Shown here: positions 31,865 to 42,373 of the stretch, one piece after another
Layout of the letters: the number at the start of each line of letters is the position of its first letter
Position numbering within the stretch: the first letter of the stretch is position 1
Source of the DNA: an uncultured delta proteobacterium
GTDB taxonomy: Bacteria > Desulfobacterota > WTBG01
Length of the DNA: 64,000 bases
Assembly (NCBI GenBank): GCA_963793865.1
Contig: CAWCBP010000011.1
Coordinates: 32,001 to 96,000, forward strand
Reading direction: 5' to 3'
Notes under the pieces: generated by a model
What the model saw: the letters and a program-made list of their open reading frames with translations, nothing else
Database searches by the model: none
Told to the model about the DNA's origin: nothing
Translations under genes and position numbers: made by a program

Positions 31865-31891
31865 ATGCTGAATAAACGAGGAGGAGCTGCG

Positions 31892-32980
31892 ATGAAAAAG
31901 CTATCAATGGTTTGTGTGGTGACGCTCGTTATCCTTTCCACCGGCCAGGCCTTGGCGCTGCCGGGTGCCTATAAAGCTGGTGCGACCTCTATAACCATGG
32001 CCACTGGTATGTGTAGAACAAGAACTATAAGTTTGGATGGAACCGGCTTTGATGCACCACTGCTGATTTCGGGCGGTTTCCTTTTGCAGAATAGCAACCC
32101 TGACGCAGTAGATCTTACAACCTGTGATTGCAGTGCAAGCCTATGGGATCAACCCGTATATCGGGTGTTCGATCCTACCGGATATCCTGGCGGTTTATTT
32201 GTAGCAACCACAAATTTGGGTTCAGGTGTAACACCATCTTCGGATATATTGCTTTGTGATGTGACCTTCTGTGGTGTGGGTGCCGGCACTGCTTCCATCA
32301 GAATCGATACTGTGCCTGATTTTGATACTTGGATAGGCTGTTTTGATTGGCCCTGTACTGATTCGACCGTTTATGACCCCACCATCGATGCGGCCGTTAT
32401 TTCGGTGTCTGTCTGTCCCTGCCCGTGCGAATGTGGTATATCCTCCGGCCCGTTCGAAGTGCAGGCAAATATTTCCGGAGATCCGGTTACTGCAATCTAT
32501 ACTGCGGGGGAGGATCCCTCGACTTCTGTGATAATGCGCCAATCTTTGTATATTCTGACGATTGTGTCCATGGTTCCATAGATCCGAACACCGGTGTATT
32601 CACCGTCCCCGCGTTTACATCTCCGCCGGAGGAGAATTGCACCATAATGGTAACCGACACCGCAAACACACAGCGTAATACCGGTGATCCGATTGTCTGC
32701 GAGCCGCGATACATAACCATTCTTGCCGGCACCTGTGAGTGTGCGGGCAACTTTGATAATGACCTGGATGTGGACGGCTTCGATGCCGCCACCTTCAAGG
32801 CGGATTTCGGCCGGGGTGAATTCACCAGACCATGTGTTGACGGTGATTTCTGCAACGGCGATTTTAGCTGCGACGGGGACGTAGATGGAACCGACGCGGC
32901 ACTGTTCAAATCAGATTTCGGGAGAAGCAATTGAAAAATCCCTGCCCAGCTGCCCACGGGAACCGTGGTGTGTCTATTAG
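31892..32980 (+). CDS. Cluster gene A: secreted protein with cohesin-like N-domain, Ig-like domain and Cys-dockerin-like C-terminus (frameshifted)
   Basis: Signal MKKLSMVC..GQALA; ORFs 31865-32581 and 32425-32934 join; tail CECAGNFDNDLDVDGFDAATFKADFGR..CNGDFSCDGDVDGTDAALFKSDFGR..PWCVY. Confidence 0.75.
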
Positions 32981-33075
32981 ATTGCGGACTTCGGAATGCG
33001 GATTGCGGAGGGAAAACAGGAGACGGGACTCAGAAGAAGGCGATGGGAGGCTTAATTTTTTTGAGGAGGATTTGG

Positions 33076-34327
33076 ATGAAAAAATCATTGATCGTCGGGG
33101 CGTTACTTTGGTGCTGGCTGTAGTGTCAGACAATGCTTGGCGATTGAATATACTACCAATATTTCTCCAGGGTTGACGGTAGAAGTCGGTGAATGCTTTT
33201 ACATGGATATCCGGCTGGAAAATGTACCAACCTTACTCATCACCGCCGGGTTTTTCATGGTTAACAATTCATCATTGGCAACCATCATAGATGTTGAAGC
33301 ATATGATGGTGAATTGGAACCAGATCTATGGGACTATGGATCATATAAAGTGCCTGATGCGGCGGGCCCGGGTACCTATTTCCTTGCCTGCCTTAATCTT
33401 GGTGCAGGTGTTTCACCTGATGATGTGCGAATTGCAAGGGCTGAAATATGCCCCATAGCTGCGGGTATTAATACCATTACCATTACCACCATCCCCGATT
33501 TTATGACGGTCGTTTCGGGTATTCCTGATTATGAGTACTATGATCCTCAAATTATTCCACATAGTGTTACGGTTACTCAAATTCCAGCGCCATGCAGATG
33601 CGAGATTATTGGTCCTTCTGTCATCAGCGCCGCATCAATTCCTGTAACGGCGCAGTATGCTGTTTCTCCTAATCAACACTGTGATTACCCATCAGCTTAT
33701 GTTTGGAGTGATACTTGTACGAATGGTGATATTGACCAAAACGGACTTGTGACGGTACCACCTTTCTATGCTGTCGAACAATGCGAAGTATGTGTTACAG
33801 ACACTGCCAACACTGATATTAACACTGGTGAGGTGGTTTCATGCTGTCGCCCCATAGAAATAGCAGGAGGGTGACCACCGGATACTGACTGGGACGGCGT
33901 CCCGGATTGTGATGATAATTGCCCCTTAATTCAAAATGGTCCATTAGGAGGTATCTGCACGAAAGGGCTTAACCTATATTGCAACCATGACGAATTCTGC
34001 GGACCGGGCGGTATCTGCAGTATGAATCAGGAAGATAACTATCCCCCCAATGGCAACGGCATCGGTGATGCCTGTGAATGCGAGGGCAATTTCAACTGTG
34101 ATGAAGATCAGGACGTAGACGGCAGTGATGCTGCATTATTTAAAGGAGATTTTGGGCGCAGCACCATGGTGCATCCCTGCATTGCAGGAGATGCCTGCAA
34201 CGGCGATTTCACTTGTGACAATGATGTGGATGGCACCGACGCATCACTCTTCAAATCCGACTTTGGCCGCAGTTCAATACAGAACCCTTGTCCGGCGTGT
34301 GTGGCGGCAGAGTGGTGCAGCTATTAG
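33076..34327 (+). CDS. Cluster gene B: secreted cohesin-like + Ig-like + TSP3-like + Cys-dockerin-like protein (5' frameshift, in-frame TGA at 33872)
   Basis: GAGGAGG RBS, MKKSLIVG; ORFs 33137-33874 and 34022-34327 are in the same frame, linked by DTDWDGVPDCDDNCP. Confidence 0.75.
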
Positions 34328-34444
34328 AACATCAAAGGGGGCAAAAGTTGAGCATGCGGAGTTTATACGGCAATTCCTTTCTTTTGCTCCAGGATTATGT
34401 CGGTCTGAGGGTGAAGCAGGGAGTTTTATTGTGTGGAGGGTAAG

Positions 34445-36070
34445 ATGAAAAATCTAATGATATGTATGTCTGTAATACTGAATGTGGTTGTTGTCTCTGG
34501 GGCTGCTCATAGTTCTTATTGGATTAAGACATATGGCAGCAACGGTCATGATATATCAAATACCGTAATTTCCACTACAGACGGCAATTTTCTTGTGTCA
34601 GGTTGTATTAATACATTTAGCAGCGGCAATAGCGACTTATGGCTTTTAAAAATAGATGCCGACGGCAACATCCTATGGCAAAAAAGGTATGGTGGGGAGA
34701 AAAGCGAATCTTTTTATACTTCCGGTCACTGTATCGATCAAACTGCTGAGGGAGGATATATTGTTGCAGGAAATACTACGTCATTCGGAGCCGGTTTCAA
34801 TGATTTCTGGATCATAAATATAGACAGTAATGGAAATATTTTATGGCAAAAAACATATGGTACTTATCATATGTATTATGGAGGTGACTATAATGATGAG
34901 GCCGCTTCCATCCAACCGACTTCTGACGGAGGGTTTATTGTAGCAGGTCATGCAGAAACAGTTTACGGCAATCTCGATATGTTGGTTTTGCGGCTTGATG
35001 CGAATGGAAATGTTGTGTGGCAAAAAACATATGCCGGGAATGACATTGCATATGCCTATGTTGTTCAACAGACTTCAGATGAGGGTTTTATCCTGAGCGG
35101 TGAATCGAATAACAGTCTTTTGTTAATTAAACTTGATGAAAGCGGCAACTTACAGTGGCAGAAAAGGTACTCGGGCAGCATCTCACCCAGCGTGGGAACA
35201 CCTTTTCAACAAACCGCAGACGGATATATTGTTGCAGCAAACACAAATGGAAACGAAGTATGTGTTCTAAAATTGGATGGCAACGGAGACATAGAATGGC
35301 AAAAATATTACGGAGGAACCGGTAAGGGATACGTATATTCCATCGAGCCGACCGCAGATGAGGGCTTTGTGGTGGGTGGGGATGTTAATTTAGAATCAGG
35401 AACAAGAAAAGCCTGGATAATGAAGCTGGCCGGTAACGGGGACATCGTCTGGCAAAAAACATATGGAATAAATTATGAGAGCACAATTTCCGGGGTCCTC
35501 CAGACTTCAGCTGCTGAATATGTTGCAGTGGGATTTACCTCCTATTTTTTTGGTGCTCGTGGTTTTGACATGTGGATGCTTAAGCTGGATAACGAGGCAA
35601 GTATTCCTTCCTGCGGCATTGTTGATACTCATGATGCAATTGCCTCCATTGCTGATGTTACTGCACAGGATGTAAGTGTTGCGGTTTCATCAATAGATCT
35701 TTATGTTACGAACACAGGGATTATTCCTCAAATGACCTCTGCACATACATCATTTATGTGCTGTTATGATGACCAGGACCTGGTCCCCCCGCCGAATGGC
35801 AATGGTATAGGCGATCTTTGTGATTGTGAGGGTAATTTTGATTGTGATGAAAATTGTGATGGTGCTGACGCCGCAATCTTAAAGGTGGATTATGGCAGGA
35901 GCACATTTCAACAACCCTGCATTGCCGGGGATACCTGCAACGGCGATTTCACCTGCGATGGCGACGTGGACGGCACGGATGCATCACTCTTCAAATCCGA
36001 CTTCGGCCGCAGTGCAATGCAGAACCCCTGTCCGGCGTGGACAGCCGGGGTGGTGTGGTGCAGTTATTAG
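34445..36070 (+). CDS. Cluster gene C: secreted beta-propeller (WxKTYG repeats) with Cys-dockerin-like C-terminus
   Basis: Intact ORF; repeated KLD.NG.I.WQK.YG units; tail CDCEGNFDCDENCDGADAAILKVDYGR..CNGDFTCDGDVDGTDASLFKSDFGR..WCSY. Confidence 0.85.
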   Translation: MKNLMICMSVILNVVVVSGAAHSSYWIKTYGSNGHDISNTVISTTDGNFLVSGCINTFSSGNSDLWLLKIDADGNILWQKRYGGEKSESFYTSGHCIDQTAEGGYIVAGNTTSFGAGFNDFWIINIDSNGNILWQKTYGTYHMYYGGDYNDEAASIQPTSDGGFIVAGHAETVYGNLDMLVLRLDANGNVVWQKTYAGNDIAYAYVVQQTSDEGFILSGESNNSLLLIKLDESGNLQWQKRYSGSISPSVGTPFQQTADGYIVAANTNGNEVCVLKLDGNGDIEWQKYYGGTGKGYVYSIEPTADEGFVVGGDVNLESGTRKAWIMKLAGNGDIVWQKTYGINYESTISGVLQTSAAEYVAVGFTSYFFGARGFDMWMLKLDNEASIPSCGIVDTHDAIASIADVTAQDVSVAVSSIDLYVTNTGIIPQMTSAHTSFMCCYDDQDLVPPPNGNGIGDLCDCEGNFDCDENCDGADAAILKVDYGRSTFQQPCIAGDTCNGDFTCDGDVDGTDASLFKSDFGRSAMQNPCPAWTAGVVWCSY

Positions 36071-36355
36071 ATTGCGGATTTCGGAATGCGGATTCGGATG
36101 GAAAAGAAGAGATGCGATGTGAGATGTGCGATCTGCGATAAAAAACCGGTAAGAGCGGCTTTAGCCGCGAATGATGTGATATGTGCAATGGGGATGAAAA
36201 GCAGAGGAAGGATGATTTGAGCATATCACGCATCAGAGTTCAGAAGACAGAGTCATGCGGCGGTAGGTATTCAATACTCCACTACTTCAGTACTCCATCA
36301 CTCCAGTATTCAAGATCGAAGATCGCACATCATGCAGTTTAAAGGAGGGCAGGCG
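36071..36355. repeat. Intergenic module (attgcgg heptamers, tgcgatg heptamers, single GTAG-REP, actcca repeats) reused in the cluster
   Basis: Related segments at 32981-33015, 37442-37530 and 38740-38900. Confidence 0.7.
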
Positions 36356-37441
36356 ATGAAAAAGCTATCAATAATTTGCATGGTTATGTTCCTTGTCCTG
36401 TCAGCCGGGCAGGTCTTTGCGCTGCCGGGGGTCTATAAAGCTGGTGCGTCCACAATGGCCTTGAGTATTGGTAGATGCGACAACAAGAACAATACGTATG
36501 GATGGAACCGGCTGGGGTACATCACCTTTGGAGTCGGGCGGATTTCTTATTCTCACTGTCTGATGAAGGTGAGGTGGTTGATATTGCTGACTGCCAGTGC
36601 TATGACGGGACATTAACACCAGCCATATGGGATCCAGGCGTCATACCAGTCTTCGATCCCTACGGGTATCCTGGCGGTTTATTTGTTGCAATGGCTAATC
36701 TGGGTCCAGGTATCACACCGTCAGCCAACATTCTGGTGTGTGATGTGACATTCTGTCGTGAGGCACATGGCTATTCTACCATTACCATTGATACTGTTCC
36801 TGATTTTGATACCTGGGTGACCAAGGATTTTACTGTCTATGATCCTACCATCGACGCGGCCGTTATCGAGGTGTCTGTCTCTGATCCTGGGTCGTGCGCA
36901 TGTTTTATTGACGGCCCTATCCAAGTGCAGGCAAATGTGTCCGGTGATCCGGTCATCGCAAGCTACGCTGCTAGTCCGGGCGCAGGATGCAGAGAATCTG
37001 TCGATTTATGTATATTCTGACGATTGTGCCCAGGGAACCATAGATCCGAATTTCGGCGTATTCACCGTGCCCGCGTTTACCACGCCGCCTGAGGAAAACT
37101 GCACCATAACCGTAACCGATACTACCAACACCGACATCAATACCGGTGATCCGGTTGTTTGTACATTGGATATAAACATTCTGGCCGGTACCTGCGAATG
37201 CGAGGGCAATTTCGATAATGATCAGGATGTGGATGGCTTCGATGCAGCCATCTTCAAGTCGGATTTTGGCCGGGGTGAATTCACCAGACCATGTGTTGAC
37301 GGTGATTTCTGCAACGGCGATTTTAGCTGCGACGGGGACGTAGATGGAACCGACGCGGCAATATTCAAACAGGATTTTGGCAGAAGCGGGTTAATAAATC
37401 CATGTCCTGCTTGTCCGAGGGACCCCTGGTGTGTCTATTAG
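36356..37441 (+). CDS. Cluster gene D: paralog of gene A (frameshifted)
   Basis: MKKLSIICM..GQVFALPGVYKAG; ORFs 36332, 36475, 36839 join; same dockerin-like tail ending PCPACPRDPWCVY. Confidence 0.75.
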
Positions 37442-37624
37442 ATTGCGGATTTCGGAGGGAAAGGCAGGAATGCGATGTGAGATGTGCGATCTGTGATAAA
37501 AACCCCGTAGGAGTGGCTTTAGCCGCGAATATATCCGTGATGGGGGATATGCGATACGGGGAAAAGCGGGCCAAGGATAAATTCAGAAGGTGGGTTTAAT
37601 TTTTTAAAGGGGGAGAGCACCGCG

Positions 37625-38630
37625 ATGAAGAATCTATCCATAATCTGGGGAATTGTCTTGTTTGTAATGTTTATCTCATCTCACAGCCATGCTGCAACCT
37701 ATTTCAATTATCATACTGATTTGCTGGAGCAGGGAAACACCGGTGGTTGGACAAACTCTCTAAAGACGTTTGACGATGAGTATACGGTAAACGTCGGTAA
37801 AACATCTAAAATAGATGTCTGGGTGCATGATGTAGTGATAGCTGAAGATGGAATATTATATGCGGACTTGGGCATCGAATATAATCCTTTCGAGGTGGAG
37901 ATTTGCGGTGTGGAGGTGTTTGATGGCGTCAATGGTCTGCCTGGCCCGTGGATCCGACTGCACCACCATAATCGTCCACATCTTTAATTGAGGACCTGCG
38001 TAATAACAACTGGGAATTTTAATTGTGTCCTTCCGGATAATGATGGTGATGTCATCATTGCCCGGATTATTGTGAAAAGTCTTACTGGTGGCGATGCGGC
38101 CATTACCGTTGCCCATCCACCATTTTTTGAGCCGACCATGACAGGTTGTGAATTTTACAAAGAATATATGGCGAATACTAATGCCATTACCCTTCACCAG
38201 TTAATCGCCGATTCTGATGCAGATGGCATCCCTGATCATGAAGACAGCTGCCCCCTTCATCCAAATAGTCCGACACTGGGTATTTGCGTGCGGTCGGGAA
38301 AACTTGTTTAAGTGATGATGACTGTAACGGTGGTCTTGATTCTGCTGTATGAATCAGGGGTGCAGTCCCGGCTGTGATTGCAAATCTAATTTTGATTGTG
38401 ATGGTGATGTAGATGGTACCGACGGGTCCAGGTTCAAGGCAAATTACGGGAGGAACCAATTCAATAATCCCTGCACAAGCCAGGTCATGTGTAATGGTGA
38501 TTTGGAATGTGATGGTGATGTGGATGGTACGGATGCGGCAGATTTTAAGAGGTATTTCGGAGTAAGTCCACTTGGCGGGTATTGCATATCCTGCGTTGAT
38601 GGAGTGTATCAGTATTCCTGCTCATACTAG
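37625..38630 (+). CDS. Cluster gene E: secreted cohesin-like + TSP3-like + Cys-dockerin-like protein (frameshifted)
   Basis: Signal peptide; IDVWVHDV..GIEYNP; DSDADGIPDHEDSCP; CDCKSNFDCDGDVDGTDGSRFKANYGR..CNGDLECDGDVDGTDAADFKRYFG. Confidence 0.7.
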
Positions 38631-38900
38631 AATGAGAAAAGATAGGGGATGTGCAATGTGGGATGTGAGAGATGGGATAAAAAAGAAAGTCGAAACAGGC
38701 GGTGAGGAATCTGAGATATGAGATGTGGGATAGGCGATGTGAGATGAAAAACCGGTAGGAGCGGCTTTAGCCGCGAATGATGTGGGATAGAATTCAGAAG
38801 ACAGAGCCAGGAGGCGGTAGATATCCAATACTCCAGGACTCCTATCACTCCAGTATTCAAGATCACGGATCGCACATCATATTATAAAGGGGGTCTGGCG

Positions 38901-40063
38901 ATGAAAAAGCTATCAATAGTTTGCATGGTCATGCTTGTTATCCTGTCGGCCGGGCAGGCCTTTGCGCTGCCGGGTGTTTACAGGGCGGGTCCGCCCACCA
39001 TGGACTTGTACGTTGGTCAATGCGAAACAAGAACCATAAGTATGGATGGAACCGGCTGGGGCACATCACCACTGGTGTCGGGCGGTTTTATTATAACCAG
39101 CAGTCTGACGATGGTGCAGCAATTGATATCACTTTATGCCAGTGATATGACAGTACTTTAACGCGGCCATATGGCATGCTCCCGTCACTCCGGTGTTTGA
39201 TCCACAGGTTATCCGGGTGGCTTATTTGTTGCAATGGCTAATTTGGTGAAGGCGTAATCCCGTCTGCCAGCATACTGCTTTGCGATGTAACCTTCTGTGG
39301 TGTAAGCTGGTGAAACCACCATTACGATTGATACAAGTCTTGATTTGGAGTAATTGGATGGCCAAGGATATGTCCAACTATGATCCATATATCGACCCAG
39401 CCATTATCAATGCGACAGTTAGTATAAATTATTGTGAAGGAGATTTTGATTATGACCGGGATGTAGACGGAACTGATGCGGCAGTATTCAAATCTGATTT
39501 CGGGCGGAGCGGCCTTATCAATGTGTGTCCAGCTGATGGCCCTGCGGCGGTGCAAAAGACATGGCAGACCACGTCATATGCCGCTGGCGATGATGGCGAT
39601 TTGGGAAAGGGAATTGATTGGCCTAGTCCGAGATTCACTGACAACGGTAATGGCAGCGTTACCGATAATCTGACCGGACTGATCTGGCTGAAAAATGCCA
39701 ATTGCTTTGGATTGCGAGCATGGAACGACGCCGTATCTGATTGCAATGGATTGAATAGCGGAGAGTGCGGACTCAGCGATGATTCCAATCCGGGTGACTG
39801 GAGATTGCCGAATCGGAACGAACTGAGCAGCTTGCTCAAGAGCGACTTTTACGGTCCGGCGGTTCCCGATACGGCAGGGACCGGGCAATGTGCTGATGGC
39901 GACCCCTTTACTAATTTACTGTCCGGTGACCTGTACTGGACTTCAATCTACATTTCCTCTTTCCACAAACCAGGCCTATTATGTGGATATGTTTGCATCC
40001 ATAGTATACGTCCGCATAAAGACTGAATCGAACCTGGTCTGGCCGGTGCGCGGTGGTCATTGA
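38901..40063 (+). CDS. Cluster gene F: A-type N-domain, half dockerin-like motif, DUF1566/Lcl domain (frameshifted)
   Basis: MKKLSIVCM..LPGVYRAG; CEGDFDYDRDVDGTDAAVFKSDFGR; RFTDNGNGSVTDNLTGLIW, DWRLPNRNEL, ends WPVRGGH. Confidence 0.72.
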
Positions 40064-40159
40064 TTGATTTAGCGGTAATGTGAGATTTTTGCTCATTCAA
40101 AATGAACCTTTGGCCGTTATAACGGTTGGTGACCTTTTTTATTAATAGCGGAAAAAAGA

Positions 40160-41848
40160 ATGAAAAGACTGTTAATCATATGCATGGCAGTGCTGATTCT
40201 ACCGTGCATATCATATTCCAATCCGCTTCCTGATACCGGGCAGACCAAGTGTTGCGACGATACCCAGGAGATTCCATGCCCGGGCCCGGGAGAGCCTTTT
40301 TTCGGGCAGGATGGAAACTATGCAATCAACCCGCCTTCCTATACCAAGCTGGATGCAAACGGCAATACACTGCCCGATGACACGCCCTGGCCTTGGGCAA
40401 TGGTACGTGACAATATAACCGGACTGATATGGGAAGTGAAAACCGATGACGGCGCAATTCATGACAAGGACAATACTTATAACCGGTCTGATGCCCAGGA
40501 TGTGTTTATCGCGGGCTTAAATTCAGGGCAGTTCGGCGGACATAGTGACTGGAGGTTGCCAACGGTTAAAGAATTGGTTTCTATTGTTAATAGAGGCAGC
40601 TTTAATCCAGCTATTAACACCGCATATTTCCCCAATACCCAGCCCCAATACCATTGGTCGTCTACTCCTGACATCATGAATCCGGCTTGCGTCTGGATCG
40701 TCACTTTCGAAGACGGCACCGCGACCGACCTCTATCCTGATCCGGACTATTTCGCTTATGTGAGGGCTGTTCGTGGCGGGCAGTGCGGTTCTTTTGGGAA
40801 GTTTATTGACAATGGTGATGGAACGGTTACTGACACCGGGACCGGCCTCATGTGGCAGAAAGGCGGTTCAGGCGCCTACACATGGCAGGAGGCGCTCTCC
40901 TACTGTGAAAATCTTTCGCTCGCCGGTTATGATGACTGGCGGCTGCCGAACATCCATGAGCTTCAATCTCTTGTAGATTATAGCAGATACTCTCCTGCTA
41001 TAGATACTTTATATTTTCCGACAGGAGGTTATATCAATTTGTCCTCCACCACTCTGGCCAATTATAGCACCCCGTGGGTTGTATTTCCTCAACGGTTTGG
41101 TATTAGGTGACTATTTCCAAACTTACGGTCGAAGTGTGAAGGCTGTGCGCGGAGGTCAGTGCGGGTCATTCGGTGATGTGGATGGCGATTGCCGCATTGA
41201 CTGCATCGACAATTGTGTATCAATTCCCAATGGTTTGGATTCAGGCACCTGTACGAAAGGTGCTGTTGAGCAGCCCTGCACGAGTGATGAGCAGTGCGGG
41301 GTAGATGGATTCTGCAGCATGCTCAATGAAGATACAGACAGTGACTATCTGGGGGATGCCTGTGACAACTGCCCTGATACACCGAACCCGGACCAGGCAG
41401 ACACCTACCCGCCCCGGGAAATGCCATCGGCGATGCATGTGACTGCGAGGGAAACTTCAATTGCCATGAAGATGCAGACGTCGATGGTTCTGATGCCTAT
41501 ATATTTAAGGCTGACTTCGGGAGAAGTTCAGTTCTAAAATCATGCACAACTGAAGCTCCCTGCAACGGTGATTTTAACTGCGACCATGACTGTGACGGTA
41601 CAGATGCTGTCCTGTTCAAGCAGGATTTTGGAAGAAGCGCCATTGCAAATCCCTGTCCGGGGTGTGCTTCACAAGGTCCGTGGTGCGGGTATGATGTTTT
41701 AAACTGTGTGGAAGAATGTGATCAGGAACTTGAAACATGTCTAATAGGCTGTGAAGAGTGGTCTCCAGATTCCCAATATATTTGTAATGATAATTGTGTC
41801 TTTAATTATTCTGCTAATTGTATTCCAGCATGTGATGATAGTGGGTAG
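40160..41848 (+). CDS. Cluster gene G: two DUF1566/Lcl domains, TSP3-like, Cys-dockerin-like, Cys-rich tail (frameshifted)
   Basis: LPDTGQTKC; DNITGLIWE, DWRLPTVKEL, YVRAVRGGQ; second DWRLPNIHEL..VKAVRGGQ; CDCEGNFNC..DVDGSDA..FKADFGR; breaks near 41085 and 41415. Confidence 0.78.
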
Positions 41849-41899
41849 CCACGCCACAGGTGATTCAGCATTGTTACTCTTAAACTCCTTGTAATACAG

Positions 41900-41940
41900 T
41901 CCCCCTGCCTGCGCTTATCGGTCGGGGGATTCTTTTTGTT
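41900..41940 (+). terminator. Intrinsic terminator closing the secreted-protein cluster
   Basis: tccccc/ggggga stem followed by TTCTTTTTGTT. Confidence 0.55.
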
Positions 41941-42075
41941 GGTCAGGCTGGTTACCGGGGTCGGGCACGCTCACTAACTGATAATTCTGGAAACACGTCT
42001 CTAAAAGCGCCCAATAATGCCCCAATAAGCTTGGATTTGGAGGATTTATTATCTGTCATTAACGCGATGTGGTAC

Positions 42076-42361
42076 GTGGAGGGCCATGCTCTTTCATGGC
42101 CGACCGTAACAAACGGACGCGACAGAGCGCGTCCCTCCATATGGTTTATATTTTATTGGATCCTGCGATCAAGTCGCAGGATGACAGCTCCTGCGCTGCG
42201 GGATGACAGCTCCTGCGTCGCAGAATGCCAGCGCCTGCATTTGTGCCTACCCATTGTCATTTCGAAGAAGCATAAGCGACTGAGAAATCTTATAAGATTT
42301 CTCACGAAGTTTATCCGGAGCGGCGATTAAGAGAGATTCTTCGCTGCGCTAGGATCTGACA
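42076..42361. repeat. Cluster of three different palindromic REP-like elements
   Basis: TGGAGGG..CCCTCCA doublet 42076-42140; GGATCCTGCGATCAAGTCGCAGGATGAC 42158-42185 with degenerate copies; TGTCAT..TGACA element 42255-42361. Confidence 0.7.
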
Positions 42362-42373
42362 CAGGTGAAGGAA

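Noticed and set aside
36071..38900. Recurrent repeats as a possible CRISPR array or integron attC cassette array
   Set aside because: No regular repeat-spacer period, no cas or intI gene, and no convincing RYYYAAC/GTTRRRY pairs; repeats are REP and heptamer types
39280..42373. Complete diversity-generating retroelement
   Set aside because: No reverse transcriptase, avd or AAC-rich template repeat seen in the window
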